Notes: generated from the letters alone by a model not told the origin. Shown: positions 19,968 to 32,825, counted from the first letter of the stretch. The stretch is DNA of 64,000 bases from Candidatus Marinacidobacterales bacterium (GCA_965226495.1 OZ245365.1:4800001-4864000), one strand, 5' to 3'. A program made the numbers and translations.

Positions 19968-21386
19968 ATGAAGAAGATGAGCAAGCTACCGACGAAAACA
20001 CGGCAACGCTCTAGCGCCACCGACCCTGCAGGGGCGGCGTCCATCTTGCTCATTGATGACCAAAGCGAGGTTCGCGAGATATCTCTGGCGACGCTTCGAC
20101 GCAACGGGTACGAAACCCACGCCGTCGAGAGTGGGGAAGAAGCGCTGGAGGTTCTTGCGCAACGCCCGTTCGACTTGGTGGTCACCGAACTTCGACTCTC
20201 CGGAATGGACGGCACGGAAATTCTACACACCGTGAAGCGCACCTCGCCAGATACGGAGGTCGTGGTCACCACCGCTTCCGCCACACTGGAAGGTGCAATG
20301 GAGGCTGTCAAAGACGGAGCTTATGACTATGTCGCCAAGCCTTTCCAGCCCCAAGCGCTACTCTTGACAGTCCGACGGGCGTTGGAGCACAAGGGCCTAG
20401 CACAGAAGGTACGTGTGCTCGAGCGAGCGATGGACGGCCGCACATCTTTCGACGGGCTCATCGGTACCTCGGCGGCTATCACGGAAATTCTGAAGATGGT
20501 CGAGCAGGTAGCTCGCCTGGACTCCACCGTTTTGATCTCCGGCGAGAGAGGTACCGGTAAGGAATTAGTTGGACGCGCGCTTCATAATCTCTCTCCTCGA
20601 AAGGACAAACCTCTAGTCATCATCAACTGCGACGCCATCCCCGAGAGCTTACGGGAGAGCGAGCTCTTCGGACACGCCAAGGGCGCGTTCACCGGAGCTC
20701 ATGCCGACAAGAGAGGTCTCCTCGAGGAGGCCAATGAAGGAACCGCCTTCCTGGACGAGATCGAGAGGCTGACGCCCGCAGCCCAAATCAAGATGCTGCG
20801 GTTTCTTCAGAATGGTGACGTTCGTCGAGTCGGAACCACCGTCAGTCGAAACCTCGACGTCCGTATCATTGCCTCCACTCACCGTGACTTGGAGAAGTGC
20901 GTTGAGGAGCAAACCTTTCGAGAGGACCTCTACTACCGCCTCAACATCATTCCGTTCCATCTGCCGCCGTTACGGGAGCGAACCGAGGATATTCCTCTCC
21001 TGGCACAGCACTTCGCGAGGGCTTCCGCGGCAAGACTGGGACATGCCACACCTGCCATATCCTCTCGAGCCATGTCGGTTCTCGTTTCCCACACGTGGGA
21101 AGACAATGTTCGTGAGCTCGAGCAAGTCATCGAAAGAGCCATTGCCCTGGATCGCGACGGGGTCATTGGCCTCGATGATCTACCCTTCGCCGATTCGCCG
21201 GCGGCGTCCGACAAGATCATCGATCGGGCAAGAAGCAACACCCTCACACTGAGCGAGCTCGAGCGCGAGTATCTCTTGGAGATTCTCGCGGAAAGCGGAG
21301 GTAGCCGTAAGAAAACCGCGGAAAAACTGGGTATCACCACCGCCACCCTGTGGAGAAAGCTCAAGCGGTACGAGAAGGGCGATTGA
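19968..21386 (+). CDS. Sigma54-dependent response regulator (REC-AAA+-Fis HTH) with atypical receiver
   Basis: GERGTGKE, ESELFGHAKGAFTGA, FLDEI, FREDLYYRLN and a C-terminal HTH. Confidence 0.95.
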   Translation: MKKMSKLPTKTRQRSSATDPAGAASILLIDDQSEVREISLATLRRNGYETHAVESGEEALEVLAQRPFDLVVTELRLSGMDGTEILHTVKRTSPDTEVVVTTASATLEGAMEAVKDGAYDYVAKPFQPQALLLTVRRALEHKGLAQKVRVLERAMDGRTSFDGLIGTSAAITEILKMVEQVARLDSTVLISGERGTGKELVGRALHNLSPRKDKPLVIINCDAIPESLRESELFGHAKGAFTGAHADKRGLLEEANEGTAFLDEIERLTPAAQIKMLRFLQNGDVRRVGTTVSRNLDVRIIASTHRDLEKCVEEQTFREDLYYRLNIIPFHLPPLRERTEDIPLLAQHFARASAARLGHATPAISSRAMSVLVSHTWEDNVRELEQVIERAIALDRDGVIGLDDLPFADSPAASDKIIDRARSNTLTLSELEREYLLEILAESGGSRKKTAEKLGITTATLWRKLKRYEKGD

Positions 21387-21409
21387 GTGAGGAACAGGAC
21401 ACCGGCATC

Positions 21410-22978
21410 TTAGTCGGGGATCGGAAAGCTCGGATCGAGGGCGCGCACTTGCTCGAACAACTTCTCCGCCCGTAGGCTCATACCGGCGTCCTGATAGACC
21501 CTTCCGAGCGCCACCAAATACTCCGGCTTCCACGGATCCAACTTGATCGCGATCTTGAGGTTTCGCTCCGCGTCCTGGCGCCACTTGGGATTCTCTCTTT
21601 GGGCCATGCCCAGTAAGTGGTAGTACTCTGGTTGATCGCTGATGATCTCGATCGCCTGTTGGCAAAATTGGATCGTCATCCAGTAGTCGCACTTGAGGAA
21701 TGCGTTCTTGGCTTGTGCAAAAAACGCCTTCCCTTCTTTTGCGTCCCGCACTGGGGCGGGGGTACTCTTGTCTTCCTTGATTGATTTCTTTTCGCGAGGA
21801 GCCTCTTTGGGAGGCGCACTCCACTCTTTGTTTTGCTTTTCGTACTGCTGCTCTTTCTTGGTGAGCTCCTCGTAACCTTTAGCCTTTGCCTTTCCGGTCA
21901 GCGTTTGGTGGGCTTCGTTCAGCCGACAGAAAACGTGCGTGAGTTTCTCCTGAAACCCTCTGTCTGGGATATGGTAATAGTTATCGGGATGATAGAGCCG
22001 ACTCTTTTCACGAAACGAGGCGTCCATCTCCTCTAGGCTCGAACCTCGCTTGACGCCCAACACGGTCCAGTGATCCTGGGTCTGGTATTGCTCGTAGAGG
22101 TGCTCGATGACTTTCTTGGCGCTTTCCCGGGCGTCCACCACTTGATTGCGCGGCTCGTTAGTAGCCGCAGGAGGGGGAGGGGTCGGTTCCCCTTTTCGAC
22201 TCGATTCGGCGTAGCTGATGGGTGGGGTGTCCGATTCGACCGGCGGTTGGTCCTGGGCCTCGACGATGCCCGCCTCCATGAGCCCTAGCAGCGTCCGGGC
22301 CGTCTCCACCTCTGAAAGGGGACTTACTTTGACGATGCTCTCGGGCGTTTCGTGACCGTCGACCCGAGACGCGATGAAACCCTCCTCGGAAGTCAGGTTG
22401 ACGTCTTGGGATCGGAGCACGGGATCCTGAGCAAGCTGGAGCGGTTTATCGAGGGCGAGTAACGCCTTCAAACGAGCCGCGACCTGGGCGGAACGGCGGG
22501 TCGCTTCCAGAATGACGTCGGCGACGGAGACAGGTTGTTCTACCGTTTCTTCGACGCTCTCCATATCGGTAAACACCATCCGCGCCGGCGGTGTGAGGAG
22601 CAAACCGCAGAGAATATCCACGAGTTGATTTTTTACCATTTCGACGATATCGCTAGATTGGATGTACCCGAGCTCGACGAGAATCTCCCCCAGCTTCAAT
22701 CCACTCTTGATATGCTTTGCAGCTTCTTCGAGTTGCAGCCGGCTGATCTTGCCGTGGCGAATCATCACCTCACCTAAGCGATCTTCCATAGGCGATGAAC
22801 GGGCTCCTACCAGCGCACCGGCTCGCAGCATAATGCTCCGCTTCGCTTCCTCTCCCTCTCCGAGAAGGACTCCCGTCCGCTTATCGACGTAGAGTTCCCG
22901 TAACGCTTTCGCGACCTGGCTGTTCACTCGTTTGCCTCGGTGGATATTGCCTTTCTTAGATTGTACTAGACTGCGCAA
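21410..22978 (-). CDS. Protein with N-terminal DUF4388/PATAN-like region, J-domain and TPR repeats
   Basis: RLGEVMIRHGKI..KLGEILVELG, HWTVLGV...YHPD (J-domain HPD) and C-terminal TPR-like helices. Start uncertain. Confidence 0.8.
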   Translation of the reverse strand: MRSLVQSKKGNIHRGKRVNSQVAKALRELYVDKRTGVLLGEGEEAKRSIMLRAGALVGARSSPMEDRLGEVMIRHGKISRLQLEEAAKHIKSGLKLGEILVELGYIQSSDIVEMVKNQLVDILCGLLLTPPARMVFTDMESVEETVEQPVSVADVILEATRRSAQVAARLKALLALDKPLQLAQDPVLRSQDVNLTSEEGFIASRVDGHETPESIVKVSPLSEVETARTLLGLMEAGIVEAQDQPPVESDTPPISYAESSRKGEPTPPPPAATNEPRNQVVDARESAKKVIEHLYEQYQTQDHWTVLGVKRGSSLEEMDASFREKSRLYHPDNYYHIPDRGFQEKLTHVFCRLNEAHQTLTGKAKAKGYEELTKKEQQYEKQNKEWSAPPKEAPREKKSIKEDKSTPAPVRDAKEGKAFFAQAKNAFLKCDYWMTIQFCQQAIEIISDQPEYYHLLGMAQRENPKWRQDAERNLKIAIKLDPWKPEYLVALGRVYQDAGMSLRAEKLFEQVRALDPSFPIPD

Positions 22979-23150
22979 CGTTCGGGAGCCAACAAAGGGG
23001 CGGCCGGAGAACGTGCTGAGTCAGGCAGGCTCAGGCTGGCTCAGGCTGGCTGAGGCGTCCATCTATCTCCTTGACCCACAGCAACCTAGCAGATACTCTA
23101 AAAGTGATGCTGAGCTTCCTCATCGGCGGCAAGAGCCTCCGGAGGAAAGT

Positions 23151-23465
23151 ATGACGACCATTCCCAACTGGATCGGAAAATTCGCTGAGGTGAAGGAACC
23201 CGGCACCCCCGGGTGGGGTCCTGAAGGTGTCGTGACCTACCCGGAAGGACTCGGCGGCTTCGTGGTCCGAGGCGACGACGAAGGTAGGCCTGTCGTTCGC
23301 CTCAGTCACTTCCACGGCAAATCCAACCGCAACCTCACAGAATACGGCGAAGTAGCTTTTCAGGTTGAAGACCTTACTTTCGGAGACGGCGTGCAGTCAC
23401 GGGAAGAGCACGAGCGTCGGCGGGACGATCCGGGGGCGTCACGGTTTGAAGAGTCGGAGGCCTAA
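23151..23465 (+). CDS. Hypothetical protein (104 aa)
   Basis: GGAGG RBS before ATG 23151; lies 27 bp upstream of the diguanylate cyclase. Confidence 0.65.
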   Translation: MTTIPNWIGKFAEVKEPGTPGWGPEGVVTYPEGLGGFVVRGDDEGRPVVRLSHFHGKSNRNLTEYGEVAFQVEDLTFGDGVQSREEHERRRDDPGASRFEESEA

Positions 23466-23492
23466 GGCTAGGCAGTTCCGGCGGACGACCGA

Positions 23493-26075
23493 ATGATCCG
23501 GCGATTCAAGTCACGGCTCCAAGGTAGTAGCGAAGTCTCCGCGGACGGGGAGACGCGCACGGAAACGCTTCATCGCTTCCAAGCCACCTTCTCTCTCGTC
23601 TACTGGCTGGTGACGCTTCTCGTACTCGCGTACGCTTTTTCTCTGGCTCGAATCGGCGACCGCCCCCTACTCATCGGGCTCGCACTGATGGCGGCCACAG
23701 TCAATTTCATTTTCCTTCACTTCCGGCCTCAGCGGTTCTCGCTCTCTCACGGAGCTCTGGCGATGGTCGTCGTCACGTCGGTCTTTGCCCTGCTCCTCGT
23801 CTATTGGACCGGCCCGCTCGATTCCCCCTTCTTCGCCGCCATCCTGCTCCTGGTTCTCACCGCGTCCCTCGTCCTCAGCCGGGTTGCTGCGGTGGCAGTG
23901 GTCTCCGGAATCTCCTTGGCATTCCTCGGCATCGTCGCCCTGGCGAGCCAGCTAGGCACCCCGTCTTCCCTTCTCACCGCGGGGGTCCAACTCGCCACGC
24001 TCTGGGTGATGGCGTACGTAGGAGGTTTCTTGTCCCAAGAGCTCACACTCAGGGACGGTGAGCTCAGCCAGTGGGAGCTCGAGCAGCGCGTCCGGGACGC
24101 CAGTCAAGGGGCGAGGGACGTGTTCGCCGGAACGATCAACGACCTCAAGAACGCGTTGGATGAGGTGCTAGAGCGTGCAACCTTTGCCCTGCGCATACCC
24201 GCCGCCGGAATCTTCCTCCTCGATGAGGAAAAACGGGGCCTGATCTTGACCAGTTACACGGGCCTACCCAGCGATCTCGCCGAGCTCGTTGCCGTGCAGC
24301 GGCTCACCGAGCCGGGTGCAGGATTGGCAAGTCGAGCCGCCCTGCAACGTAAGCCCTTCGTCTTGGACGATCTCATCACCGACCCTCTCGTGGAGGAGTT
24401 CCGCGAGGCGATCCTTCTTTCCGGGTGGCGCTCGACCGCTTGTTTACCCATGGTATCGAGGGGAAGAATTGTCGGGGTCCTCCAGCTCTTCGCCGACGAG
24501 ATGGGCTTCTTCAGAGAGTCACGTCTGAACGCATTGGGAGCTCTGACGAATGAGCTCGGTCTGACCATCGAGAACGTCTCGCTCGCCGAAGAAGAGAAGA
24601 AGCGGCGAACCGAGCTCGCCGCGCTCCACGGCGCGGCCAAGACCATGACCTCCACCCACACTCTCGACGAGGCCGTACATAGTGCCATCGACGCCATCGA
24701 CCGTCTCGGGTTCCCTCATGCTAAGGTCCTGCTGCTCGACGAGCGCCGACGCCACCTCGTGCCACAACCTTCCGTGCCCGGAGCGGCAGCGGAAGCGATG
24801 GCACCAACCCCGCTCGGCAAGGGCGCGGCGGGACAGGCGGCTCAAACTGGGGAGGTCGTACTGATTCCGGACACGGCAGAATTACCGCTCGCTGACGGAG
24901 ACCACGAAGGAGCCCGCTCCCAGATCGCGGTTCCCCTCAAGGTAAAGAGGAATCTCATCGGAGTGCTGGACATCGGGCACGAACAACCCAATGCTTTCGG
25001 TGACAAAGACATCCGCATCCTGACTTCGTTTGCCAATCAAGCCGCCATCGCCATCGACAACGCACGGCTCTACCAAGCGGAGAAGACACGGACCGAACAT
25101 CTGGGTGCCTGGCGCGATTACTCGGCGCGGATACAAACGGCTCAAACAGAATCGGAAGTTCTTGCGGCGCTCCTTCATTATCTGGACCGACTCGTAGCAC
25201 CCAACCAGTCGGTCGTGTACCGACCGATTCCAGAAGACAACCTCCTCGAGGTCACCCAGCACGTGGGTTTGCCCGGCCGGTGCGGGCACGACTCCCGCTT
25301 CGATGCGGCGAGCTGCATCGCCTATCGGACCGGCAAAGCATTTCGCTACGACGGCGCGAAAGAGCTCCCCTGTCCGATAAAATCTTCGACCGAGGGCGGG
25401 GATAGTTACCTCTGTCTTCCCATGGTGGTTGGCGGGTCCACGATCGGAGTCATTCACTTGGACAGTCTCCAAGAGGCTTATTGGAGCGAGGAGCGAACCG
25501 AGCTCGCGCGTGGCTTCGTGGATTACGCCGCACCCATTCTCCAGAACGTCCGTTACTTCAAGCGACTTCAGCAAAGAGCGATTCAGGACGAGCTTACCGG
25601 TCTCTACAACCGGCGTTTCCTGGAAGGACATCTACACAAACAACTTGCGATGGCCTCTCGTTACGAGCAACCGCTCGCGGTTCTCATGCTGGACATCGAC
25701 CTCTTCAAAACGATCAACGACCGCTTTGGACATGATGCGGGCGATCGCGTCCTGCGGAGCTTCTCCGTGAACTTGTCACAGACGATTCGGGCGTCAGACG
25801 TTGTCGCCCGATGGGGCGGAGAGGAGTTTGTGGTCGTCCTACCTTCAACCATCGGCCGCGCCGCCAAAGTACTGGCGGAGAAGATCCGGAGATCAATCGA
25901 AGCGCTTTCCTTCGAAGAGCAGGTTCCGGGTCTAGATGGGATAACGGTGAGTATCGGCACCGCCGCCTACCCGGACGACGGCGCAACCGAGGAGCTCTTG
26001 CTGAAGAGCGCGGACCTCGCTCTATACCGTGCCAAGCAACGGGGCCGCAACCGCGTCGAGGCGGCAGCAGTCTAA
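23493..26075 (+). CDS. Membrane diguanylate cyclase with three GAF domains
   Basis: N-terminal TM helices and three GAF-like repeats. DELTGLYNRR, DIDLFKTIND and RASD..RWGGEEF. Confidence 0.93.
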   Translation: MIRRFKSRLQGSSEVSADGETRTETLHRFQATFSLVYWLVTLLVLAYAFSLARIGDRPLLIGLALMAATVNFIFLHFRPQRFSLSHGALAMVVVTSVFALLLVYWTGPLDSPFFAAILLLVLTASLVLSRVAAVAVVSGISLAFLGIVALASQLGTPSSLLTAGVQLATLWVMAYVGGFLSQELTLRDGELSQWELEQRVRDASQGARDVFAGTINDLKNALDEVLERATFALRIPAAGIFLLDEEKRGLILTSYTGLPSDLAELVAVQRLTEPGAGLASRAALQRKPFVLDDLITDPLVEEFREAILLSGWRSTACLPMVSRGRIVGVLQLFADEMGFFRESRLNALGALTNELGLTIENVSLAEEEKKRRTELAALHGAAKTMTSTHTLDEAVHSAIDAIDRLGFPHAKVLLLDERRRHLVPQPSVPGAAAEAMAPTPLGKGAAGQAAQTGEVVLIPDTAELPLADGDHEGARSQIAVPLKVKRNLIGVLDIGHEQPNAFGDKDIRILTSFANQAAIAIDNARLYQAEKTRTEHLGAWRDYSARIQTAQTESEVLAALLHYLDRLVAPNQSVVYRPIPEDNLLEVTQHVGLPGRCGHDSRFDAASCIAYRTGKAFRYDGAKELPCPIKSSTEGGDSYLCLPMVVGGSTIGVIHLDSLQEAYWSEERTELARGFVDYAAPILQNVRYFKRLQQRAIQDELTGLYNRRFLEGHLHKQLAMASRYEQPLAVLMLDIDLFKTINDRFGHDAGDRVLRSFSVNLSQTIRASDVVARWGGEEFVVVLPSTIGRAAKVLAEKIRRSIEALSFEEQVPGLDGITVSIGTAAYPDDGATEELLLKSADLALYRAKQRGRNRVEAAAV

Positions 26076-26383
26076 GCCCTCACCGAGCGGACCCGCCGCC
26101 CGGCTAGCTCCGGTCAAAGCAACCAGGTAACTTGGCGGCCAACACGCGACTCCGCATGGGCTCATGGCTGCTTTCGGGCGCTAGGAACCTCGCCGAATCG
26201 TCCGCCTTGGGGCTGCTTGAGGGTATCAGATGTCCCGGAATCACTTCGGAGCTACCTCACCCGGGTACTGTCGCACCTCCGCGACGGCTAACGTACCCAG
26301 CCCCTTCCGTCGGGCTTCCGCTTGAAGGGTGGAAAGATCCGATCGCGCCTGTTCAAGCTGCCACTCGAGATTGCTCCGTCCGA

Positions 26384-26545
26384 TCAAATTGTCGGGATCA
26401 GGTTGAATCCGATCCGGTCCAGGTCCACATCGATCCATAGGTCGGAAGGCTGGTGATGGGGAGGACCGGAGGCGGTTTCTTGTAGGTGAGGCAAACCGAG
26501 CCCAGGCACGGCACCGGCTGCGACAATGAATTCTCGTCGATCCAT
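26384..26545 (-). pseudogene. Truncated remnant: Tat-like signal plus alanine-racemase-like N-terminus
   Basis: MDRREFIVAAGAVPG...LWIDVDLDRIGFNL, then a stop after 53 aa. Confidence 0.5.
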
Positions 26546-26710
26546 GTGAAAGCCACTGGACGCGGGAAGCCTAGCATGAAAGGTGCCTTTCAGATCCTGC
26601 CGGGCGCCAAAAAACGGGGTTGCCGTCTAGTCAGGGCCAGGCGCCTCTCAGATACTGAAAGATCGGGAAGAAGCTGCCCCCGCCCTTAAGGACGAGGGCA
26701 GTCCTTCCGA

Positions 26711-29326
26711 TTAGGAGCTCAGTACGGCTTCGACCGGAGCGGATTCGAAAACGAGCGCCCGGTCGCGGAGGTCGATCCGAAGGGTGGTCCCGGACTGGAT
26801 CTCCCCGGCCAACAGTTTGCGGGCAATCACGCTCTCGAGCTCACGCTGCACGGCTCGGCGCAGTGGACGAGCTCCGTAAACCGGATCCCATCCGACTTCC
26901 GCCAGGTAGCGTTTGGCTTTGTCGGACAGCTCGATGTCGAGATGGCGATCTTCCAATCGCTGCCTCAGCCGATCGAGTTGGATGTCCACGATGGTGACCA
27001 ACTGTTCCTTAGTCAATCCATGGAAGACCACCATTTCGTCGACTCGATTGAGGAACTCCGGCCGGAAATGATTTCTTAGCTGCTCCAGCACTCGGTTTTT
27101 CATCTTGCGGTAGTTTTCATCATCCACCGAGCCCTGGAACTCGAGGATGTCCGAGCTGCCGACGTTGGAGGTCATGATGAGTACCGTGTTCCGAAAGTCG
27201 ACGGTGCGCCCGTGAGAGTCGGTGAGTCGTCCCTCGTCCAAAATCTGCAGAAGCAAGTTGAAGACATCGTAGTGTGCCTTCTCCACCTCGTCGAAGAGCA
27301 CCACCGAGAAGGGTTTGCGACGCACCGCTTCGGTGAGCTGTCCTCCGTCTTCGTACCCCACGTAGCCGGGAGGCGCACCGATCAAGCGGGCGACGTTGTG
27401 CTTCTCCATATACTCGCTCATATCGATACGCACCAGCGCCTTCTCGTCGTTGAAGAGATACTCCGCCAGAGCGCGTGCCAACTCCGTCTTTCCCACACCA
27501 GTAGGACCAAGGAAGATGAAGCTCCCAATCGGCCGCTGGGGATCCTTGATTCCCGCGCGAGCACGAAGGACCGCGTCCGCGACCGCGTGGACTGCCTCAT
27601 CCTGTCCGACGACGCGCTCATGAAGATGCTCCTCCAGGTGGAGCAGTTTCTGGACTTCGCCTTCCATCAGCTTCGAGATCGGAATCCCCGTCCAACGAGA
27701 CACCACTTGAGCGATGTCCTCTTCGTCTACCTCCTCCTTGAGGAGCACGGTCTTTCGCTCGGTCAGCGCCTGCTCGGCCTCTTGGAGGCTCGCTTCCAAC
27801 TCGTTCAAACGGCCGTAGCGAAGCTCTGCGACCTTGTCGAGCTCGTAGGCGCGCTCGGCCTTTTCGATCGCGACCTTGGTCTCCTCGATTTCCTTCCGAA
27901 GCTCCCGCACCTTGCCGATCGACTCTTTCTCCTGTTGCCACTGGATCGCGAGTACGTCGGCATGGGAACGGATCTCCGCAAGCTCCTTCTCCAAGAGGGA
28001 GAGCCTTTGCTTGGAGGCCTTGTCTTTTTCTTTTCGAAGCGCCTGCCGTTCGATCTCGAGCTGCAGCTGGCGACGCTTCAGCTCGTCGAGTTCGGTCGGC
28101 ATGCTGTCCATCTCGGTACGCAACCGTGCCGCTGCCTCGTCGACCAGATCGATCGCCTTGTCGGGTAGGAATCGATCCGAGATGTAGCGGCGGGAAAGAG
28201 TCGCCGCTGCCACCAGAGCCGGATCTTTGATCCGCACGCCGTGGTGAACCTCATAGCGCTCCTGCAGACCGCGAAGAATCGAAATCGTGTCTTCTACCGT
28301 GGGCTCATCGACGGTCACGGTCTGAAACCGGCGCTCGAGCGCCGCGTCCTTTTCGATGTGCTTACGATGCTCGTCGAGCGTCGTTGCACCGATACAGTGC
28401 AACTCTCCCCGCGCCAGCATTGGCTTCAGCAGGTTCCCGGCGTCCATGGGTGCGCCCTCGGCGCGGCCCGCACCGACGACATTATGCAGCTCGTCGATGA
28501 AGAGGATGATTTGCCCCTGGGAATCCTGTACCTCCTTCAGCACCGCTTTGAGGCGCTCTTCGAACTCTCCTCGGAACTTGGCACCGGCAATGAGTGCGCC
28601 CATGTCGAGGGCAATGACTTTTTTGTTCTTCAGCCCCTCGGGCACATCCCCGCGCACGACGCGCTGAGCGAGCCCTTCGACGATGGCGGTCTTTCCCACC
28701 CCGGGCTCACCAATCAAGACCGGGTTGTTCTTGGTCCGCCGGGAAAGAATCTGGATGACCCGTCGGATCTCGTCGTCACGGCCGATGACGGGATCGACCT
28801 TTCCCTGGCTCGCCAGCTTGGTCAGATCGCGCCCATACTGCTCGAGGGACTCGTAGGTCGACTCCGGGTTTTGGCTCGTTACCCGCTGACTGCCTCGAAT
28901 GGTCTGCAAGACCTCGAGAATGTGGTCTCTCGTGACGCCATAACCCTTGAGGAGTCGTCCTGCCTCACCGCCCTCTTCGAAGATCGAGAGAAGCAGGTGT
29001 TCTACGCTCGCGTACTGGTCTTTCATCTCTTCCGCCTGCCGACGCGCCTTTTCCAGGACCTTATTGAGGCGGCCCGAAATGTAGAGCTCCACGCCCGCAC
29101 CGTTAACCGATGGCACTTTGGCCAGGTGACTCTCTAGCCGATGGCTCAGCTCCGGGACAGGTACTTCTAGCCGTCCCAACACCTTGGGCACCAGCCCACC
29201 GTCCTGCTGGAGCAGGGCGAAAAGGAGGTGCTCCACATCGATCTGCTGATGGTTCCGCTCGGAAGCTAGTGACTGAGCCGCCGCCATCGCCTCCTGAGAC
29301 TTCTGGGTAAGTCGATTGAAGTCCAT
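26711..29326 (-). CDS. clpB: ATP-dependent chaperone ClpB
   Basis: Two AAA+ modules ([16 protein letters not shown]), a long coiled-coil M domain and GAPPGYVGY. Start chosen by RBS spacing. Confidence 0.98.
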   Translation of the reverse strand: MDFNRLTQKSQEAMAAAQSLASERNHQQIDVEHLLFALLQQDGGLVPKVLGRLEVPVPELSHRLESHLAKVPSVNGAGVELYISGRLNKVLEKARRQAEEMKDQYASVEHLLLSIFEEGGEAGRLLKGYGVTRDHILEVLQTIRGSQRVTSQNPESTYESLEQYGRDLTKLASQGKVDPVIGRDDEIRRVIQILSRRTKNNPVLIGEPGVGKTAIVEGLAQRVVRGDVPEGLKNKKVIALDMGALIAGAKFRGEFEERLKAVLKEVQDSQGQIILFIDELHNVVGAGRAEGAPMDAGNLLKPMLARGELHCIGATTLDEHRKHIEKDAALERRFQTVTVDEPTVEDTISILRGLQERYEVHHGVRIKDPALVAAATLSRRYISDRFLPDKAIDLVDEAAARLRTEMDSMPTELDELKRRQLQLEIERQALRKEKDKASKQRLSLLEKELAEIRSHADVLAIQWQQEKESIGKVRELRKEIEETKVAIEKAERAYELDKVAELRYGRLNELEASLQEAEQALTERKTVLLKEEVDEEDIAQVVSRWTGIPISKLMEGEVQKLLHLEEHLHERVVGQDEAVHAVADAVLRARAGIKDPQRPIGSFIFLGPTGVGKTELARALAEYLFNDEKALVRIDMSEYMEKHNVARLIGAPPGYVGYEDGGQLTEAVRRKPFSVVLFDEVEKAHYDVFNLLLQILDEGRLTDSHGRTVDFRNTVLIMTSNVGSSDILEFQGSVDDENYRKMKNRVLEQLRNHFRPEFLNRVDEMVVFHGLTKEQLVTIVDIQLDRLRQRLEDRHLDIELSDKAKRYLAEVGWDPVYGARPLRRAVQRELESVIARKLLAGEIQSGTTLRIDLRDRALVFESAPVEAVLSS

Positions 29327-29406
29327 ATACATCCTCCTCGAATCAAAGTTTCGGCCTGAAGCAACCGACGCGGAATCCCGGCGTGGGATTGCCAAGCCAC
29401 AACGTC

Positions 29407-29435
29407 ATTATAGAATATGATTTACTTATAGTCAA
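29407..29435 (-). promoter_or_regulatory. Sigma70 promoter of clpB
   Basis: Minus strand TTGACT-N17-TATAAT. Confidence 0.8.
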
Positions 29436-29465
29436 ATTATATAATCTGATTACACTAAGTTTTAC

Positions 29466-29494
29466 TTGACACATATGCCTTCAGTCGCTATAAT
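29466..29494 (+). promoter_or_regulatory. Sigma70 promoter of dnaK (perfect consensus)
   Basis: TTGACA-N17-TATAAT. Confidence 0.85.
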
Positions 29495-29629
29495 CACGTA
29501 TGGAGATTCAGAGGTGCCTGGCCTAGCTCCGTGTGAGAGTGACACGGCCTGGCTTGGGTAATCCTTATAATCTAAGACATTTAAATCACTGACCCAAATA
29601 ATTATGGGTCATTTGGAGGCAAAACCAAT

Positions 29630-31546
<1,917 letters not shown>

Positions 31547-31568
31547 TAAACGCCTAAAGGCGTAGTAG

Positions 31569-31607
31569 AAGAGGCGAGGCCGGCTAACCCCGGCCTCGCC
31601 TCTTTTT
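31569..31607 (+). terminator. Intrinsic terminator after dnaK
   Basis: aagaggcgaggccgg-ctaacc-ccggcctcgcctctt followed by a T run. Confidence 0.88.
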
Positions 31608-31609
31608 GT

Positions 31610-32773
31610 TCAAGCTCCCAGCTTCGACATCGCCGCAGCTAGCCCAGCTTGGAGGTCCGTCTTGCAGTCCTGTACAGCAAGGGCGGTCGACAGGGCAGAA
31701 AGGAAGAAGAGGATTTTCTCTGCCGACGAGGAGTAGCCCATCAGCCCCACGCGCCACACCCTGCCCTTGAGCACGCCAAGCCCGCCGCCGATCTCGAGGT
31801 TAAACGACTCCAGAAGATGCCCTCGTATTTTGCTATCGTCCACACCTTCCGGAATCCGAATGGCGTTCAACGACGGCAGGCGGTGCTCCGGAGCCACCAA
31901 CATTTGAAGTCCCATTGCCTCGACACCCGCCACCAAGGCTCTATGATTCTTCAGGTGCCTCTCGATTCGATTCGTGAGACCTTCTTCTTCGATTAGAAAA
32001 AGTGCTTCCAGAAGACCGTAGTTGAGTGTGCTGGAGCTCGTATGGTGGTATCCCTTATTGGTCCAATACTTGTCCAGAAGCTCGGCATCTAGATACCAGC
32101 TTCGCACCGCGTGCTTGCGCTTCGCGAGAGACTCCACGGCTCGAGGGCTGAGCGTGACCGGTGCGAGGCCTGGTGGACTGCCAATGCACTTCTGAGAGCA
32201 GCTATACGCCGCGTCGACGCCCCAATCGTCGACTTTGACCTCGACGCCTCCGAGCGAGGTCACTGTATCCAGGAGAATCATCGCGCCGTGTGCCTTCGCC
32301 AGGCCGGCAATCTCGTCCACCTGCTGCAGCACGCCGGTGGAGGTCTCGGCATGGACAAGAGTGATAACTTTGAAGGAGCCGGACTTCAAAGCACTCTCGA
32401 CGCGTTCGGGGTCGGTGGGCCTCCCCCATTCACTCTCGATGAGCGTGATATCTGCGTCTTGCCGTTCTGCCATCTGGCGAATGCGGTCCCCGAAGTAGCC
32501 GTGCACGCAAGCGAGCACCCTATCTCCAGGCTCGAGCAGATTAGCGACGCAGAACTCCATCCCCGACGTGCCGGTTCCCGGTGTGGCGTGGGTTAACCGG
32601 TTTTCGGTGTTGAAGACCATCTTCAGCTTGTCCCGGATCGCATCGAGAACCTTCATGTAGGCTGGATCCAAATGTCCGATGACGGGCGAGGCCAACGCTC
32701 GGTAAACACGGGGGTGAATATCCAGCGGCCCCGGCCCCATAAGAATCCGTAGGGGGGCATCAGGTCGATTCAT
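31610..32773 (-). CDS. Class V aminotransferase (alanine-glyoxylate/serine-pyruvate type)
   Basis: LMGPGP, VHAETSTG, DTVTSLGG, SQKC and WRVGLMG motifs. Confidence 0.93.
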   Translation of the reverse strand: MNRPDAPLRILMGPGPLDIHPRVYRALASPVIGHLDPAYMKVLDAIRDKLKMVFNTENRLTHATPGTGTSGMEFCVANLLEPGDRVLACVHGYFGDRIRQMAERQDADITLIESEWGRPTDPERVESALKSGSFKVITLVHAETSTGVLQQVDEIAGLAKAHGAMILLDTVTSLGGVEVKVDDWGVDAAYSCSQKCIGSPPGLAPVTLSPRAVESLAKRKHAVRSWYLDAELLDKYWTNKGYHHTSSSTLNYGLLEALFLIEEEGLTNRIERHLKNHRALVAGVEAMGLQMLVAPEHRLPSLNAIRIPEGVDDSKIRGHLLESFNLEIGGGLGVLKGRVWRVGLMGYSSSAEKILFFLSALSTALAVQDCKTDLQAGLAAAMSKLGA

Positions 32774-32825
32774 GCAGCGCTCCTTTCTGAACAATAGGGC
32801 GCCTGCAACCAGTTCCAGGCGCCAA

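Noticed and set aside
28241-29137. Long antisense ORFs over clpB, dnaK, the RND and hem genes
   Set aside because: Typical shadow ORFs of GC-rich, codon-biased genes with no independent motifs.
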